Assembly: GCA_052327205.1 (NCBI GenBank)
Contig: CM126204.1
Coordinates: 148,118,001-148,182,000, forward strand
Direction: 5' to 3'
DNA: 64,000 bases
Source of the DNA: Somniosus microcephalus
Lineage: Eukaryota
Below, piece by piece: positions 25,671 to 37,379 of this stretch (position 1 is the first letter of the stretch; every line of letters starts with the position of its first letter). A model generated the notes under the pieces. The model ran no database searches. It was given only the letters and a program-made list of their open reading frames with translations, and was not told the DNA's origin. The translations under genes and the position numbers were made by a program.

Positions 25671-27176
25671 ACCTATGCAAACTCCATGTAATTACACACA
25701 TCCACCACTGGTGGCGTTGGATGAAGGGAGGCAGAGAAGGAGGAAAGGGGAGGGAGGTGAAGAATGAGGAGAGAGAAATTTGAAAAAACACAAATACAAA
25801 AAGGGATCTTGTCCAGATTCTCTCCCCCACCCACAATATAAACAAGTCTCTACTCTCATAGCTCCACCTATCTAGGCAGAGATGTATCTCAAGCAGCACT
25901 GCTGGGGGGATGGTGGTCCTACCACTTACATCAGGAGCCAGCGTGGAAGTCAGGAGGGAAGGAAGCACAGTAACAACCATGCCAGGCCCACAGTTAAAGG
26001 GGCAGGAGACATGAAGTTGTCAAAGCCCAGAGAAGCAGTGGCATATGATCACAAATGTTTTATATGCCCTTACAATTATCTTATAGTTGAGGCAACTAGC
26101 ATAGATGCATTTAAGGGGAATTTAGATAAACACTTGAGGGAGAAGGGACTAGAAGGATGTGTTAATGGGGTTAGAGGAGGGCAGGAGGAGGCTCATGTGA
26201 AGCATAAAGACTGGCATGCACCTGCTGGGCCCAATGGCCTATTTTTGTGCTGTAAATACTTTGTAATACTATATTTGTAACAAAAAATTGCCACTGAACA
26301 GTGCCAGCTGGCACTAGATGCTTATTAAATATTTATTGAAATTTAAAAGAATGAGGGATAGAAGAGGCTAAGAGATTTTTAAAATATTTACATTATAATT
26401 AAAAAATGATTCCCATTTGAAAGTAAAACGTACCCGAAGAAAAAAACAAGATGCGGCACCGACTGAAAATTTCCAGAAAGGAGCTGTGAAAATGTTTAAA
26501 GACTGTGCAAAGCCACCAAGCAACCAGATTGCATTATTAAAGCATGTTAAAATTACATAGAAAAATCCCTATAATAAATGTGGCATAGGAATTTATAATA
26601 GAAAAAAAGTGAGACAAAACTAGACAACGGGAAGTCAAGTTCTGCACATGAAGTATGTTTAGATGCAAGATTTTTAATAATGTAATTATTCCAGTCTTGA
26701 GCAACTTGAACCTACCAATACTGTCCATAACTATTTCAACAAAATCAAACATTAGGTTTTAAACTTGTCCCAACCTTGTATCTATTCTGATGGAGTGAAA
26801 TGACAATTTCTAGCCTTAGTTTTAACATTAGTGATCCTTTAAATTTTATATTGATGTATTAATAAGAGTAGTGAATGTGGCATATCCTGGCAAATAGTTC
26901 ATGCTAGGCTGATTAACCTCCAAGAAAATAAAACTAGCTAAATATTGGTTTATAAGAATATACAATTAAAGGTGAGAAATGGAAATGGTGCAACAGCAGC
27001 ACCACATGCTCTTGTGGTTTGATATTTGTGCAGTTTTGGGGCACATTTGAAGAATTTTCTGCTGTACACCTAACCTGGCATGAACACAGAGTACAAAAGG
27101 TGTTACACAAAGCTCACTACTGCTTTACTTTGTTTGCCAAAATTTGAAAAGGATTTCAACTAAATTTAACACTTAC

Positions 27177-27306
27177 TTTGCAGATGTTGAATTTCCAGCG
27201 CCTCTGTGCCCAACATCTAAAGCCATTCTTGGTTTCCAATACTTGGACAACGAAGGAGACATGTCACAAATATAGCCTTCCACGGGCTTAATAACGATGT
27301 AGTCAA
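27177..27306 (-). CDS. GPCPD1: GPCPD1 exon 10 (VDYIVIKP...KYWKPRMALDVGHRGAGNSTSA), start of the GDPD domain
   Basis: GHRG catalytic-histidine motif of glycerophosphodiester phosphodiesterases; tag acceptor and AA|gtaagt donor; 130 nt. Confidence 0.96.
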
Positions 27307-27361
27307 CTATATATGCAGATGAATAAATAGAGATAGAAGTGGTTATTACTTTATATTCCAA

Positions 27362-29146
27362 AGACACGAGTGTCCTCAACTCCATCCCACAGCATGCTAC
27401 CCACCACCATCTCAGCACAACCCCAGCCCGGCATGAGGTTGAAGAGGCCATCCGACAACTGAAGAACAACAAGGCCTCAGGAGCAGATGGAATCCCCGCC
27501 GAGGCACTAAAGCATGGCGGAGAAGCACTACTGGCGCGAATTCATGAACTCATTTCTCTTATCTGGAAGGGGAAGGAGGAGAGCATGCCAGGGGATCTCA
27601 GACGCCGTAATTATGACCATCTTCAAGAAAGGTGACAAGTCCGATTGCGGTAATTAGAGGAGTTTCCCTGCTGTCTGCCAAAGGGAAAGTCATCGCAAGA
27701 ATCCTCCTCAATCACCTTCTCCCAGTGGCCGAAGAGCTCCTCCCAGAGTCGCAATGCAGATTCCGCCCAAGGGGCACAATGGACATGATCTTCACCGCAC
27801 GTCAATTACAAGAGAAATGCAGGGAACGGCACCAACTACTGTACATGGCTTTCTTTGATCTCACAAAGGCCTTCGACACTGTCAACCATGAGGGATTATG
27901 GAGTGTCCTCAAATTCGGCTGCCCTCAAAAGTTTGTCACTATCCTCCGCCTGCTTCACGACGACATGCAAGCCGTGATCCTGACCAACGGTTCCACCAGA
28001 CCCAATTCACTTATGAACCGGGGTCAAGCAAGGCTGTCTCATCGCACCAGCGCTCTTCCTTGCTGCAATGCTCCATCTCACCCTCAGTAAGCTCCCCACT
28101 GGAGTGGAGCCAATTTACAGAACAAATGGGAAACTGTTCAACCTCCGTCACCTCCATTCCAGATCCAAGGTTGCCCCATCCTCTGCCGTCGAATTACAGT
28201 ATGCAAACGACACTTGCGTCTGCGCTCACTCGGAGGTCGAACTCCAAACCATCGTCAACACCTTCACCGAAGTGTACGAGAGCATTGGCCTTACACTAAA
28301 CATCCGTAAAACAAAGGTCCTCTACCAACCTGCCCCCGCCACACAGTACTGCCCCCGATTATCAAAATCCACAACAGGGCCTTGGGCAATGTGGACCACT
28401 TGCCATACCTCGGGAGCCTACTATCAACAAGGGCAGACGTCGATGACAAAGTCCAACACCGCCTTCAGTGTGCCAGTGCAGCCTTTGGTCGCCTGTGGAA
28501 GAGTGTTTGAAGACCAGGACCTCAAACCCAGCACTAAGCTCATGGTCTACAGAGCAGCAGTGATACCCGCCCTCCTGTATGCCTCAGAGACATGGACCAT
28601 GTACAGCAGGCACCTCGAAGTACTGGAGAGGTACCACCAACGCTGCCTCCGCAAGTTCCTGCAAATCCATTGGCAGGATAGGCGCACCGTCAGTGTTCTT
28701 GCTCAGGCCAACATCCCCAGCATCGAAGCTCTGACCACGCTCAATCAGCTCTGATGGACCGGTCACATTGTCCACATGCCCGATATGAGACTCCCAAAAC
28801 AAGCGCTCTACTCGGAGCTCTGGCACGGCAAGAGAGCCCCAGGTGCCACCTTGGAAAAAGTGTAACATCCCCACCACCACCTGGGGATCCCTGGCCCAAA
28901 ACCGCACAAAGTGGAGGAGAAACATCCGGGAAGGCGCCAAACAGAGTCTCTTCGCCGGGAACAAGCGGAAGCCAAGCGCAGGCAGCGCACGTCAACCCAA
29001 GCATCCCACCCACCCGCCCCTTCAAACACCGTCTGCCCCACCTGTGACAGAGACTGTAGGTCCCGCATTGGATTAATCAGTCACCTGCAAACTCATTTTT
29101 ATTGTGGAAGCAAGTCATCCTCGGTTCCGAGGGACTGTCTAAGAAG
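27362..29146 (+). mobile_element. 5'-truncated RTE-clade LINE, degraded
   Basis: KASGADGIPAE, RGVSLLS, PESQCRFR, FFDLTKAFDTV, LQYAND and LLYASETW; C-terminal CPTC...H...H zinc finger; (AAG) tail; probable TSD atattccaa (27353-27361) / atattctaa (29147-29155). Confidence 0.9.
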
Positions 29147-30711
29147 ATATTCTAAGTCATATTGTTAAAGAAGCTAGATGAAGTTGTATTCTGATTCCAT
29201 TATAATTAAAGACTCCATTTTGTGGGTAAAAGGCAGCTTCTTCAGAGATTTGCTGAAACAACTGATATCTGTAGAATGTCAACACATCTGCAAGGCTTTA
29301 ACGGTCATATAAAATAGCCTTGGATAGTTCAAATCTTCTCATGAATACATCCGTTTATCTTTTTCTGTACATGTAAATAGATAAGGTAGTTTATGTTATG
29401 TCCTTAGACTGTGCTGTGGAGCCGTTTACCTCCCGAGTCTTTGATATGTTGAGCTAATAATAACCAACGTAAAACCAGCAATGAAGATCATGGAGAAGGT
29501 GATGTAATGGCCTTTTACCTGAGCTTAAAAAGCAAGATTTTAAGAAAGTTACAAGATGAAACAGAAGGATGAGATCTATAAAGTTGAGCTCAATGACTGT
29601 AATTTGCAATCTTCTACAGCAAAGCGTCACCATGTGTTCTGAGGTGTTGTCTGAGAGTATGCTCATGTAACCCTAAATAAACTTGCAAGTATTTGACTCC
29701 TGTGTCCAGAACCCTCATTTCTGGTACATAAACTAGAACTATAGCCTCAGTCTATTGTTACAATATTTAAATTCTCTTAACACTCAATATAGTGATGCAA
29801 CTCATATTTGTTAATTATCTTTCAAGTGAAACCTTTGACCACTAACAAATTATCATGCTACATGATTTTATTTTAGGCAATATTTTGTAAAACCAAGTGT
29901 CAAATCATACCACTGACTTTAAATAGGGCAAAAAAATACACAAATTACATAAATAATAAGCAGATAGCATAGGTTGCATTATAGTAGGGAGTGCACCTAA
30001 TGGCTCAGGAGGAAGGTGCCAGCTTTGACATTCAGTCTGCCTTGAATTAACTGATCTCAGTTAGATGGCCATAGGGGACCACAACTGCATTTTGAGAAAA
30101 GATCAGACAGAATTCCAGTTCTTGACATTACCCAACTACTCCTGCTGGAAGCATAAAGAAAGATGGATTTCAGATTGAAATTTTCTGTGATGTAAAATCA
30201 CCTACTTAGTTATGATTAATGGCCAGGACCGATGAAACTGCCCTCAGCAAACAGTCAATATAGTTGAAAGAGGATGGAAGATAAAATTGGCAAAGAAAAC
30301 TAAGGTAGACCAAGATTAAAAAATTACTGCACAAGCACATTATCATTGTAGCCTTTACAATCCAGCTCACAGGTTACTAAACTGTGATCATTTCCTCAAT
30401 TATAGTGCTAATAACTTAGAGCTATTTTGTCCCCTAAAATAATTTTCATTGAATACCTGGTCAGCTATGTTGCACAATCTATACAACAAATGCACAGTAT
30501 TTAACTTTTCTAACTATTAGTCTATTGGCTAAAGCAAATGAGTAAAACATGAATATATGGTAGGAAACCTTTACCTAATTTTGGACAGGGACCACCACGT
30601 GCTATCTTGACTAGTTCATTAGCGTCCAATGGTGTATGCATATTTGTATAACTCTTGCGTTCCATCACTGTATAATTACACACTATATATTTTACGTTTG
30701 AATATTAATAC

Positions 30712-30868
30712 CTTTCACTTTTCCAATAGTTTGTCTAGAATTTCTGCTCATGATGGGAAGTGTGATAATACCACTGGATTTTTCTACAATTGTTGAAGAC
30801 AGAAGACAGGCAGTTCCGACAAGACCTGGAAGTGCATCACCTTGTACTACTGCTACACCCAACTCTTC
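30712..30868 (-). CDS. GPCPD1: GPCPD1 exon 9 (EELGVAVVQGDALPGLVGTACLLSST...SRQTIGKVK)
   Basis: Contained in ORF 30692..30883; ttttacag acceptor and G|gtatta donor; 157 nt. Confidence 0.95.
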
Positions 30869-32702
30869 CTGTAAAATAGACAAGTGTTATGAGTTTACAC
30901 AATATTTAAAAATTCAAGTGATCCAACTTGTTCTTGCTGGATAAAATATTGAAAAATTCTTTAAAAAACCAATCGGGGGGGTGGGAAAAGAGTGAAAGTA
31001 GGGGGGGAAAGCACTTAACCTTCCTCAATACCCTCGACCCCAATTTTTATTTTTTTTAAACCCTCAATCCCTCTGTCCTTGCTGAGTACCACACAATCAC
31101 CCTCTCTTCTCCAAGGTCCTTGAATGTGTTATTGCCTTCTAATTTGGTGTTCATTTCTACTACAACTGCTTGAATCCCTCGTACCAAAATGGCTGAAAGT
31201 CTGTGCCTGTGCTGCATTATTCAGGCCATGTCACGCCTAGACTCGATTACACCAATGCTTTCCTTGCTGGCCTCCTTTCCTACACCAGTGGATTTTAAAA
31301 TCTGCCAACTGTATTTTATCCTGCACCACATTCTGCTCACCCATTACATCTGTCCTTGCTGACAGGCATTGGCTCCCAGTCCTGTAATGTTTCAAATTTA
31401 AAATTCTCATCTGTGCTTAAATTGCTCCATGCCCTGAAGACATCCTATCTTCGTAACCTCCTGCAACCCCCACTCAGACTGTTCCTCCAACTCTTCCTCT
31501 CTCCATTAGAGGCCGTGCCTTCAGCTGCCTCGATTCCACTCTTTGGCATTCCTTCTTTGTATCTCTAATACCTCCTCTTGAAAATTCACCTTTGACCAAG
31601 CTTTTGCTCACTCTCAACACCTTCTTTGCCACAGCAAGAAATTTATGGTCTGGGTGTTCATGTGATGCTCTCACACTCTGTTGTTTAACAGCTTTATTCA
31701 GGGGTAGGCCTCTGTCAGACAATTAATGAAGGAAACACCAAGAGTTAGAAAACTTTTTAAACATTACAAGATAAAAATGGCAACTAGAACCAAGACAGCA
31801 AAACTGGAACACACTCCCATGTCAGAAAAAAAAGGTGAAAAAAATGGGAGCTTTCAGTGGCTGAACCCAGCAAAGCTAATTAGTAGATATATCTATTGCA
31901 CCCAGCATCTTTGCTTGCTGCCAACTGAGTCTGGGTTTATGCTCATCAAGATTTGTGCTGTCAACACAGGGCCGAAAGACCTTCCTGGAATAGGGCTTCC
32001 CTCATTTTCTCTGTTCTCTGAAGGATTAATCTTTTGACAAAAATAGCCACTTGCCATAGGCAACTTGGTAGAAGCTGCCCACCTGTGAACCAATGTGAAT
32101 TTTTATTTGTGTCTGAAAGGGGAAAGAAGGGAATGAATGTAATTGGATTTGAGTACAGGAGCAAAGAAGTGTTACTCCAATTATATAGGGCCTTGGTGAG
32201 ACCAGGGCCTTGGTGAGACCACACCTGGAGTACTGTGTACAATTTTGGTCTCCTTACCCAAGGAAGGATAATACTTGCCATAGAGGCAGTGCAATGAAGG
32301 TTCACGAGATTGATCCTGGGATGGCGGGACTATCCTATGAGAAGAGATTGTGTAAACTAGGCCTGCATTCTCTTGAATTCAGAAGATTGAGGGGGGATCT
32401 CATTGAAGCATACAAAATTATTACAGGGCTTGATAGGGTGGATGCTGGGAGAATGTTTCCATTGGCTGGGGAGTCGAGAACCAGGGACCACAGCCTCAGG
32501 ATAAAGGGTAGGCCATTCAGGACTGAGGGGAGAATAAATTTCTACAGAGGGTGGTGAATCTTTGGAATTCTCTACCGCAGAGGGCTGTGGCGGCTCAGTC
32601 ATTGGGTATATTCAAGGTGTGGAGATGCCGGAGTTGGACTGGGGTGGACAAATGTAAGAAGTCACACAACACCAGGTTATAGTCCAACAGCTTTATTTGA
32701 AA

Positions 32703-32739
32703 TCACAAGCTTTCGGAGCGCTGCTCCTTCTTCAGGTGA
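32703..32739 (-). ncRNA. Minimal (type I, probably dimer-dependent) hammerhead ribozyme motif of the Penelope element
   Basis: Minus strand reads tcac-CUGAAGA-a-ggagc-agc-gctcc-GAAA-gCUU-gtga: conserved core, 5-bp stem II, 4-bp stem I, palindromic AAGCUU helix III. Confidence 0.75.
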
Positions 32740-33085
32740 AGTGGAGAAATGCATAAAGACACAGCTTATATAGTCAGAGAATCATGTCAGATGTTTACAG
32801 GTAACCTTTCCAACTGCCATTTATCACACCTCGGCAGAGAGATAATCACAGCAGTCAAAGGGGTGAATGGTGTCCAAACAGGTCAGTCAGGGAAACATTA
32901 CATCAAAGAACAATGAGGTGGGGTCACAAGGGGTCAAATATTGCAGATGCTGGGGTCTGTATGAAAAACAAAAAAAGACAAAAAACATTTTTTTTGGCTG
33001 GAAATCACAGCAGGTCCGGCCGCATCTGTGTAGAGAGAACAAGCCAATGTCGACTCGAGTCTGGATGACCCTGCATCAGGTGGGG

Positions 33086-34321
33086 TTACATGTAGCGTGA
33101 CATGAACCCAAGATCTCTGTTGAGGCCGTCCTCATGGGTGCGGAACTTGGCTATCAGTTTCTGCTCGACGATTTTGCGTTGTCGTGTGTCTCGAAGGCCA
33201 CCTTGGAGAATGCTTACCCGAAGATCGGAGGCTGAATGTCCTTGACTGCTGAAGTGTTCCCCGACTGGGAGGGAACACTCCTGCCTGGTGATTGTTGCGC
33301 GGTGTCCGTTCATCCGTTGTCGCAGTGTCTGCATGGTCTCGCCGATGTACCATGCTCCGGGGCATCCTTTCCTGCAACGTATGAGGTAGACAACGTTGGC
33401 CGAGTCACATGAGTATGTGCCATGTACCTGGTGGGTGGTGTCCTCACGTGTGATGATGGTACCTGTGTTGATGATCTGGCATGTCTTGCAGAGGTTGCTG
33501 TGGCAGGGTTGTGTGGTGTCGTGGTCGCTGTTCTCCTGAAAGCTGGGTAATTTGCTGCGAACGATGGTCTGTTTGAGGTTAGGCGGCTGTTTGAAAACGA
33601 GTAGTGGAGGTGTGGGGATGGCCTTAGCGAGGTGTTCGTCGTCATCGATGACATGTTGAAGGCTGCGAAGAACATGGCGTAGTTTCTCCGCTCCGGGGAA
33701 GTACTGGACAACGAAGGGTACTCTGTTGGTTGTGTCCCGTGTTTGTCTTCTGAGGTCTATGCGATTTTTCGCTGTAGCCCGTCGGAACTGTCGATCGACG
33801 AGTCGAGCGTCATATCCCGTTCTTACAAGGGCGTCTTTCAGTGTCTGTAGGTGTCCATCGCGTTCCTCCTCGTCTGAGCAGATCCTGTGTATTCGCAGGG
33901 CTTGTCCATAGGGGATGGCTTCTTTAACGTGGTTAGGGTGGAAGCTGGAGAAGTGAAGCATCGTGAGGTTGTCCGTGGGCTTGCGGTAGAGTGAAGTGCT
34001 GAGGTGTCCGTCTTTGATGGAGATTCGTGTGTCCAGGAATGAGACTGATTCTGAGGAGTAGTCCATGGTGAGTTTGATGGTGGGATGGAACTTGTTGATG
34101 TTATCGTGTAGTCTTTTCAGTGATTCTTCGCCGTGGGTCCATAGGAAGAAAATGTCGTCGACGTATCTGGTGTATAGCGTTGGTTGGAGATCCTGTGCAG
34201 CGAAGAAGTCTTGCTCGAACTTGTGCATGAAGATGTTTGCGTATTGGGGTGCGAATTTGGTCCCCATGGCTGTTCCGTGTGTTTGGGTAAAGAACTGGTT
34301 GTCGAAGGTGAAGACATTCAC
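33086..34321 (-). CDS. Penelope-like RT C-terminal part plus GIY-YIG endonuclease (411-aa uninterrupted frame, no N-terminus)
   Basis: GTAMG (RT motif B'), RYVDDIF (catalytic YxDD), FLD and LYRKPT; C-terminal NVVYLIRC...WYIGET...RMNGH (GIY-YIG) ending GLN. Confidence 0.93.
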   Translation of the reverse strand: MNVFTFDNQFFTQTHGTAMGTKFAPQYANIFMHKFEQDFFAAQDLQPTLYTRYVDDIFFLWTHGEESLKRLHDNINKFHPTIKLTMDYSSESVSFLDTRISIKDGHLSTSLYRKPTDNLTMLHFSSFHPNHVKEAIPYGQALRIHRICSDEEERDGHLQTLKDALVRTGYDARLVDRQFRRATAKNRIDLRRQTRDTTNRVPFVVQYFPGAEKLRHVLRSLQHVIDDDEHLAKAIPTPPLLVFKQPPNLKQTIVRSKLPSFQENSDHDTTQPCHSNLCKTCQIINTGTIITREDTTHQVHGTYSCDSANVVYLIRCRKGCPGAWYIGETMQTLRQRMNGHRATITRQECSLPVGEHFSSQGHSASDLRVSILQGGLRDTRQRKIVEQKLIAKFRTHEDGLNRDLGFMSRYM

Positions 34322-35685
34322 CTTCGACAGGTATATTCAAAACAGAAGTCGATAGATTTCTGACTAGTAAGGGCATCAAGGGACATGGCGATAGCGCCGG
34401 TGAATAGAGTTGAGGCAGAAGATCAGCCATGATCTCATTGAATGGCGGAGCGGGCTCGAAGGGCCTACTCCTGCTCCTATTTCTTATGTTCTTATGTAAT
34501 TGGGAGAATGAATGTAGTTTGGGGAAATAAGGCTCCATGGGACAGACCTGCCTAGATTGACACCATGCAGATTTGTCATTTCCTTAAGCTAGTGATATCT
34601 TGGAACACCTTTCAATGAATAAATATTGTATAACAAGGCTCTTGAGGCTATACCATCCTCTTTTTTGAAGGGATGGGAGAAAGGGAGCAATCTCCTTGAT
34701 TAACATTTTATTTTTGCTCTCTGGAGGAGTGATTGTGTTGGTATGCTGGGGTCATTTTAGAAGTGCACCTGGCCATTGCTCGGTATCAGATCAAATGAGG
34801 TGACTGCATCGATGAAGACAAGTCAGTCACTTGAGTGTCAATCGGGGACAGGACATACCAGCCATCGCCAATATCAACATTTGCTCATGCTGACCCAGTG
34901 CCTTAAGCTGAAGGTTGAGCTAATACATATCCAACAACAGAGGCCAAATGGGACATACGGCATTCTCTTTCCCTCCCACCACCCCACCAACCACCCCCCC
35001 ACCCCCACTCCTACTAGCATCTTTTCTGCTAAGTGAGAGAATACAGAATATGGTTCATCTAGGGTGCCTTGAAGTGGGCTTGCAAATCTTTACTTTGACA
35101 CTCCATTCTTTATCCTATAGTTCGAAGAGTCCTTTGTCAAGCTGGATAGACAAATAGAGTCTATACATTCTGGTGGGCAGGACTTTCAACAACTGAACCA
35201 GTTATATCAAACCTACTTGCAGAGTCTAGAACAAGGTTTGCCTATGAAAAAAAAAAAACTGGTGACATTGGAAGGCACAAAGATGCATTGTGACTGACTT
35301 TTGCTGAGAGGACTTCTCAGCAGTTGATGGTAATTTTGAAGCCAGACACCAACAAAAACAGGTAGCCACAAACAGACCACAATCACTAAAGAATGTTGTA
35401 ATTTGGTCTAAAAAAAGTTAAAAATACACATCGACGAGCCTGGACAAAACCTCCCCGGGACCGAAACAGAAGCCTTAAATTCCCGAACTAGCAAACCTGT
35501 AATATGTACCATTACCCAAGAAATCATATAAAGTTTGCTGAATGTAACAACTTGAAAAGTTTTATTTTTTATTTTCACTGTGTGGGAAAGAACCAAGGTT
35601 GCTTCTAATTACAGAAGAACGAGCGGAGGCGTCCATCAGAATTAGGTCGTTTCAGTAGGGGGCAGGAGACAAGATCATCTTATTC

Positions 35686-35830
35686 GCCAGGTTCCAAGGC
35701 ATACGCAAAATCTGGCTGTGAATGACATGATTTGTATCCATTGTTGCTGATTAAGGAAATTTTCTAAAGTATTGGCCATTTTCTGCACTGAGGTAGTTAC
35801 CAGTTTCTCATCATCCTCCTCCTCAAAACC
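35686..35830 (-). pseudogene. Partial direct duplicate (pseudo-exon) of GPCPD1 exon 8
   Basis: Aligns by eye to 36751-36900 at high identity, with a 6-nt deletion in the acidic run and a 1-nt frameshifting insertion; the exon 8 splice sites are absent. Confidence 0.9.
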
Positions 35831-35944
35831 TGTGTCAATGAGATGGTGTTCTAAATGATTTTTCTCATGAATACAGCAATTACTACTCCAGCATGGAAGT
35901 TTCATATTGAATCCTTTCCTTCCACCTCAAACTTTTGTACACAC

Positions 35945-36580
35945 AATTTGCTGATGACACAAAGATAGGTGAGAAAGCAAGTTGTGAGGAGGACACAGTC
36001 TGCAAAGTGATATAGATAGGTTAAGCGAGTGGGCAACAATTTGGCAGATGGCGTATAATGTGGGAAAATGTGAGGTTATCCACTTTGCAAGTTTTGGTCT
36101 CGGATATACTTGCATTGGAGGCAGTTCAGAGAAGGTTCACTAGGTTGATTCCCGAGATGAAGGGTTGTCTTATGGAGAAAGGTTGAGCAGTTTGGGCCTA
36201 TACTCATTGGAGTTTAGAAGACTGAGAGGTGATCTTATTGAAACATAAGATTCTGAGGGGGCTTGACAGGATAGATGCAGGGAGGAGGTTTTCTCCTCGT
36301 GGGGGGAATCTAGAACTAGGGGGCATAGTTTCAGAATAAGGGGTCGCCCATTTAAAACAGAGGAGAAGGAATTTCTTCTGAGGGTCGTGAATCTTTGGAA
36401 TTCTCTACCCCAGAGAGCTGTGGAAGCGGAGTCATTGAATATATTCAAGGCGGAGATAAACAGATATTTGAGCTACAGGGGAGTCATGGGTTATGGGCAG
36501 CAAAGTGGAGCGGAGGCCAAGATCAGATGAGCAATGATCTTATTGAACAGCCTACTCCTGCTCCTATTTATGTTCTTATA
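35945..36580 (+). mobile_element. Internally deleted CR1 3' fragment between exon 8 and its duplicate
   Basis: FADDTKIG, WQMAYNVGKCEVIHF, RRLRGDL and a CR1 3' tail. Confidence 0.88.
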
Positions 36581-36681
36581 ACACACACGTTGATAATTAA
36601 TTTACATATTTCCCTTAGAAGGTTTTTTTTTTTTTTTTTTTTTATAAATTAAACTGTGCAACAGAACAAAAATTGTCATAC

Positions 36682-36919
36682 CTCAAAGAAGTCAAAAATC
36701 AGTTCCAGGTTATCTGGCTCCATGGTTTGAATGCTATACTCTGTCCACTGGCCAGGTTCCAAGGCATATCCAAAATCTGGTTGTGAATGACGCGATTTGT
36801 ATCCATTGTTGCTGATTAAGGACATTTCTAAAGTATTGGCCATTTTCTGCACTGAGGTAGTTACCAGTTTGTCATCATCTTCCTCTTCCTCCTCAAAACC
36901 CTCCAATGTCAATTTTACC
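36682..36919 (-). CDS. GPCPD1: GPCPD1 exon 8 (VKLTLEGFEEEEEDDDK...WTEYSIQTMEPDNLELIFDFFE)
   Basis: Contained in ORF 36676..36978; aag acceptor and GAG|gtatga donor; 238 nt. Confidence 0.96.
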
Positions 36920-37379
36920 CTTAAAAACAAAATGGGCATAAAAGAATTCCAATTAAAAAATACTTGCAGGGCATTCACTTCATATCGAAGAATCTGTAAC
37001 TTTGTACTGGACAGTTTAAGAAAAAAAGGACTAATTGCAAGCTCAGTCTACCAACCAGGCAATTAAAGTAATTCCTGGAGTTACTGCTGGCATCCAAGGC
37101 TTTCAGCTAGAACCATGATTACCTTGTTCATACAACCAATATATTGCATATTTGAGTCACCATCAGATCTTTTCATCTACATAAAGCACCATTGTGTGAG
37201 GAGAAAGAATCCTTTAGGGAGGGAAATCTGGAGGTCCCGCCCAGGCTACTTGCCAGCTTCATAATGGGAAAAAAAACACGTATGTGCGACAATTTGAATG
37301 GGTCGTGCACCCCCCACTCCCCCAAAAAAATTTAATGGAAATTGCCTAGCAAGTCACTCAGTTGTACCAAACCATTGTG

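Larger units (their letters stand above)
32616..34329 (-). mobile_element. 5'-truncated Penelope-like retroelement inserted in a CR1 LINE
   Basis: RT plus GIY-YIG ORF, 3' UTR with hammerhead motifs, and an 11-bp direct repeat ggtatattcaa at 32605-32615 and 34330-34340. Confidence 0.92.
32140..34497 (+). mobile_element. CR1 3' fragment split by the Penelope insertion (32140-32615 and 34330-34497)
   Basis: [29 protein letters not shown] and RRLRGDLIE; the CR1 3' UTR resumes after 34330. Contains a 17-bp tandem duplication agggccttggtgagacc at ~32187-32220. Confidence 0.9.
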
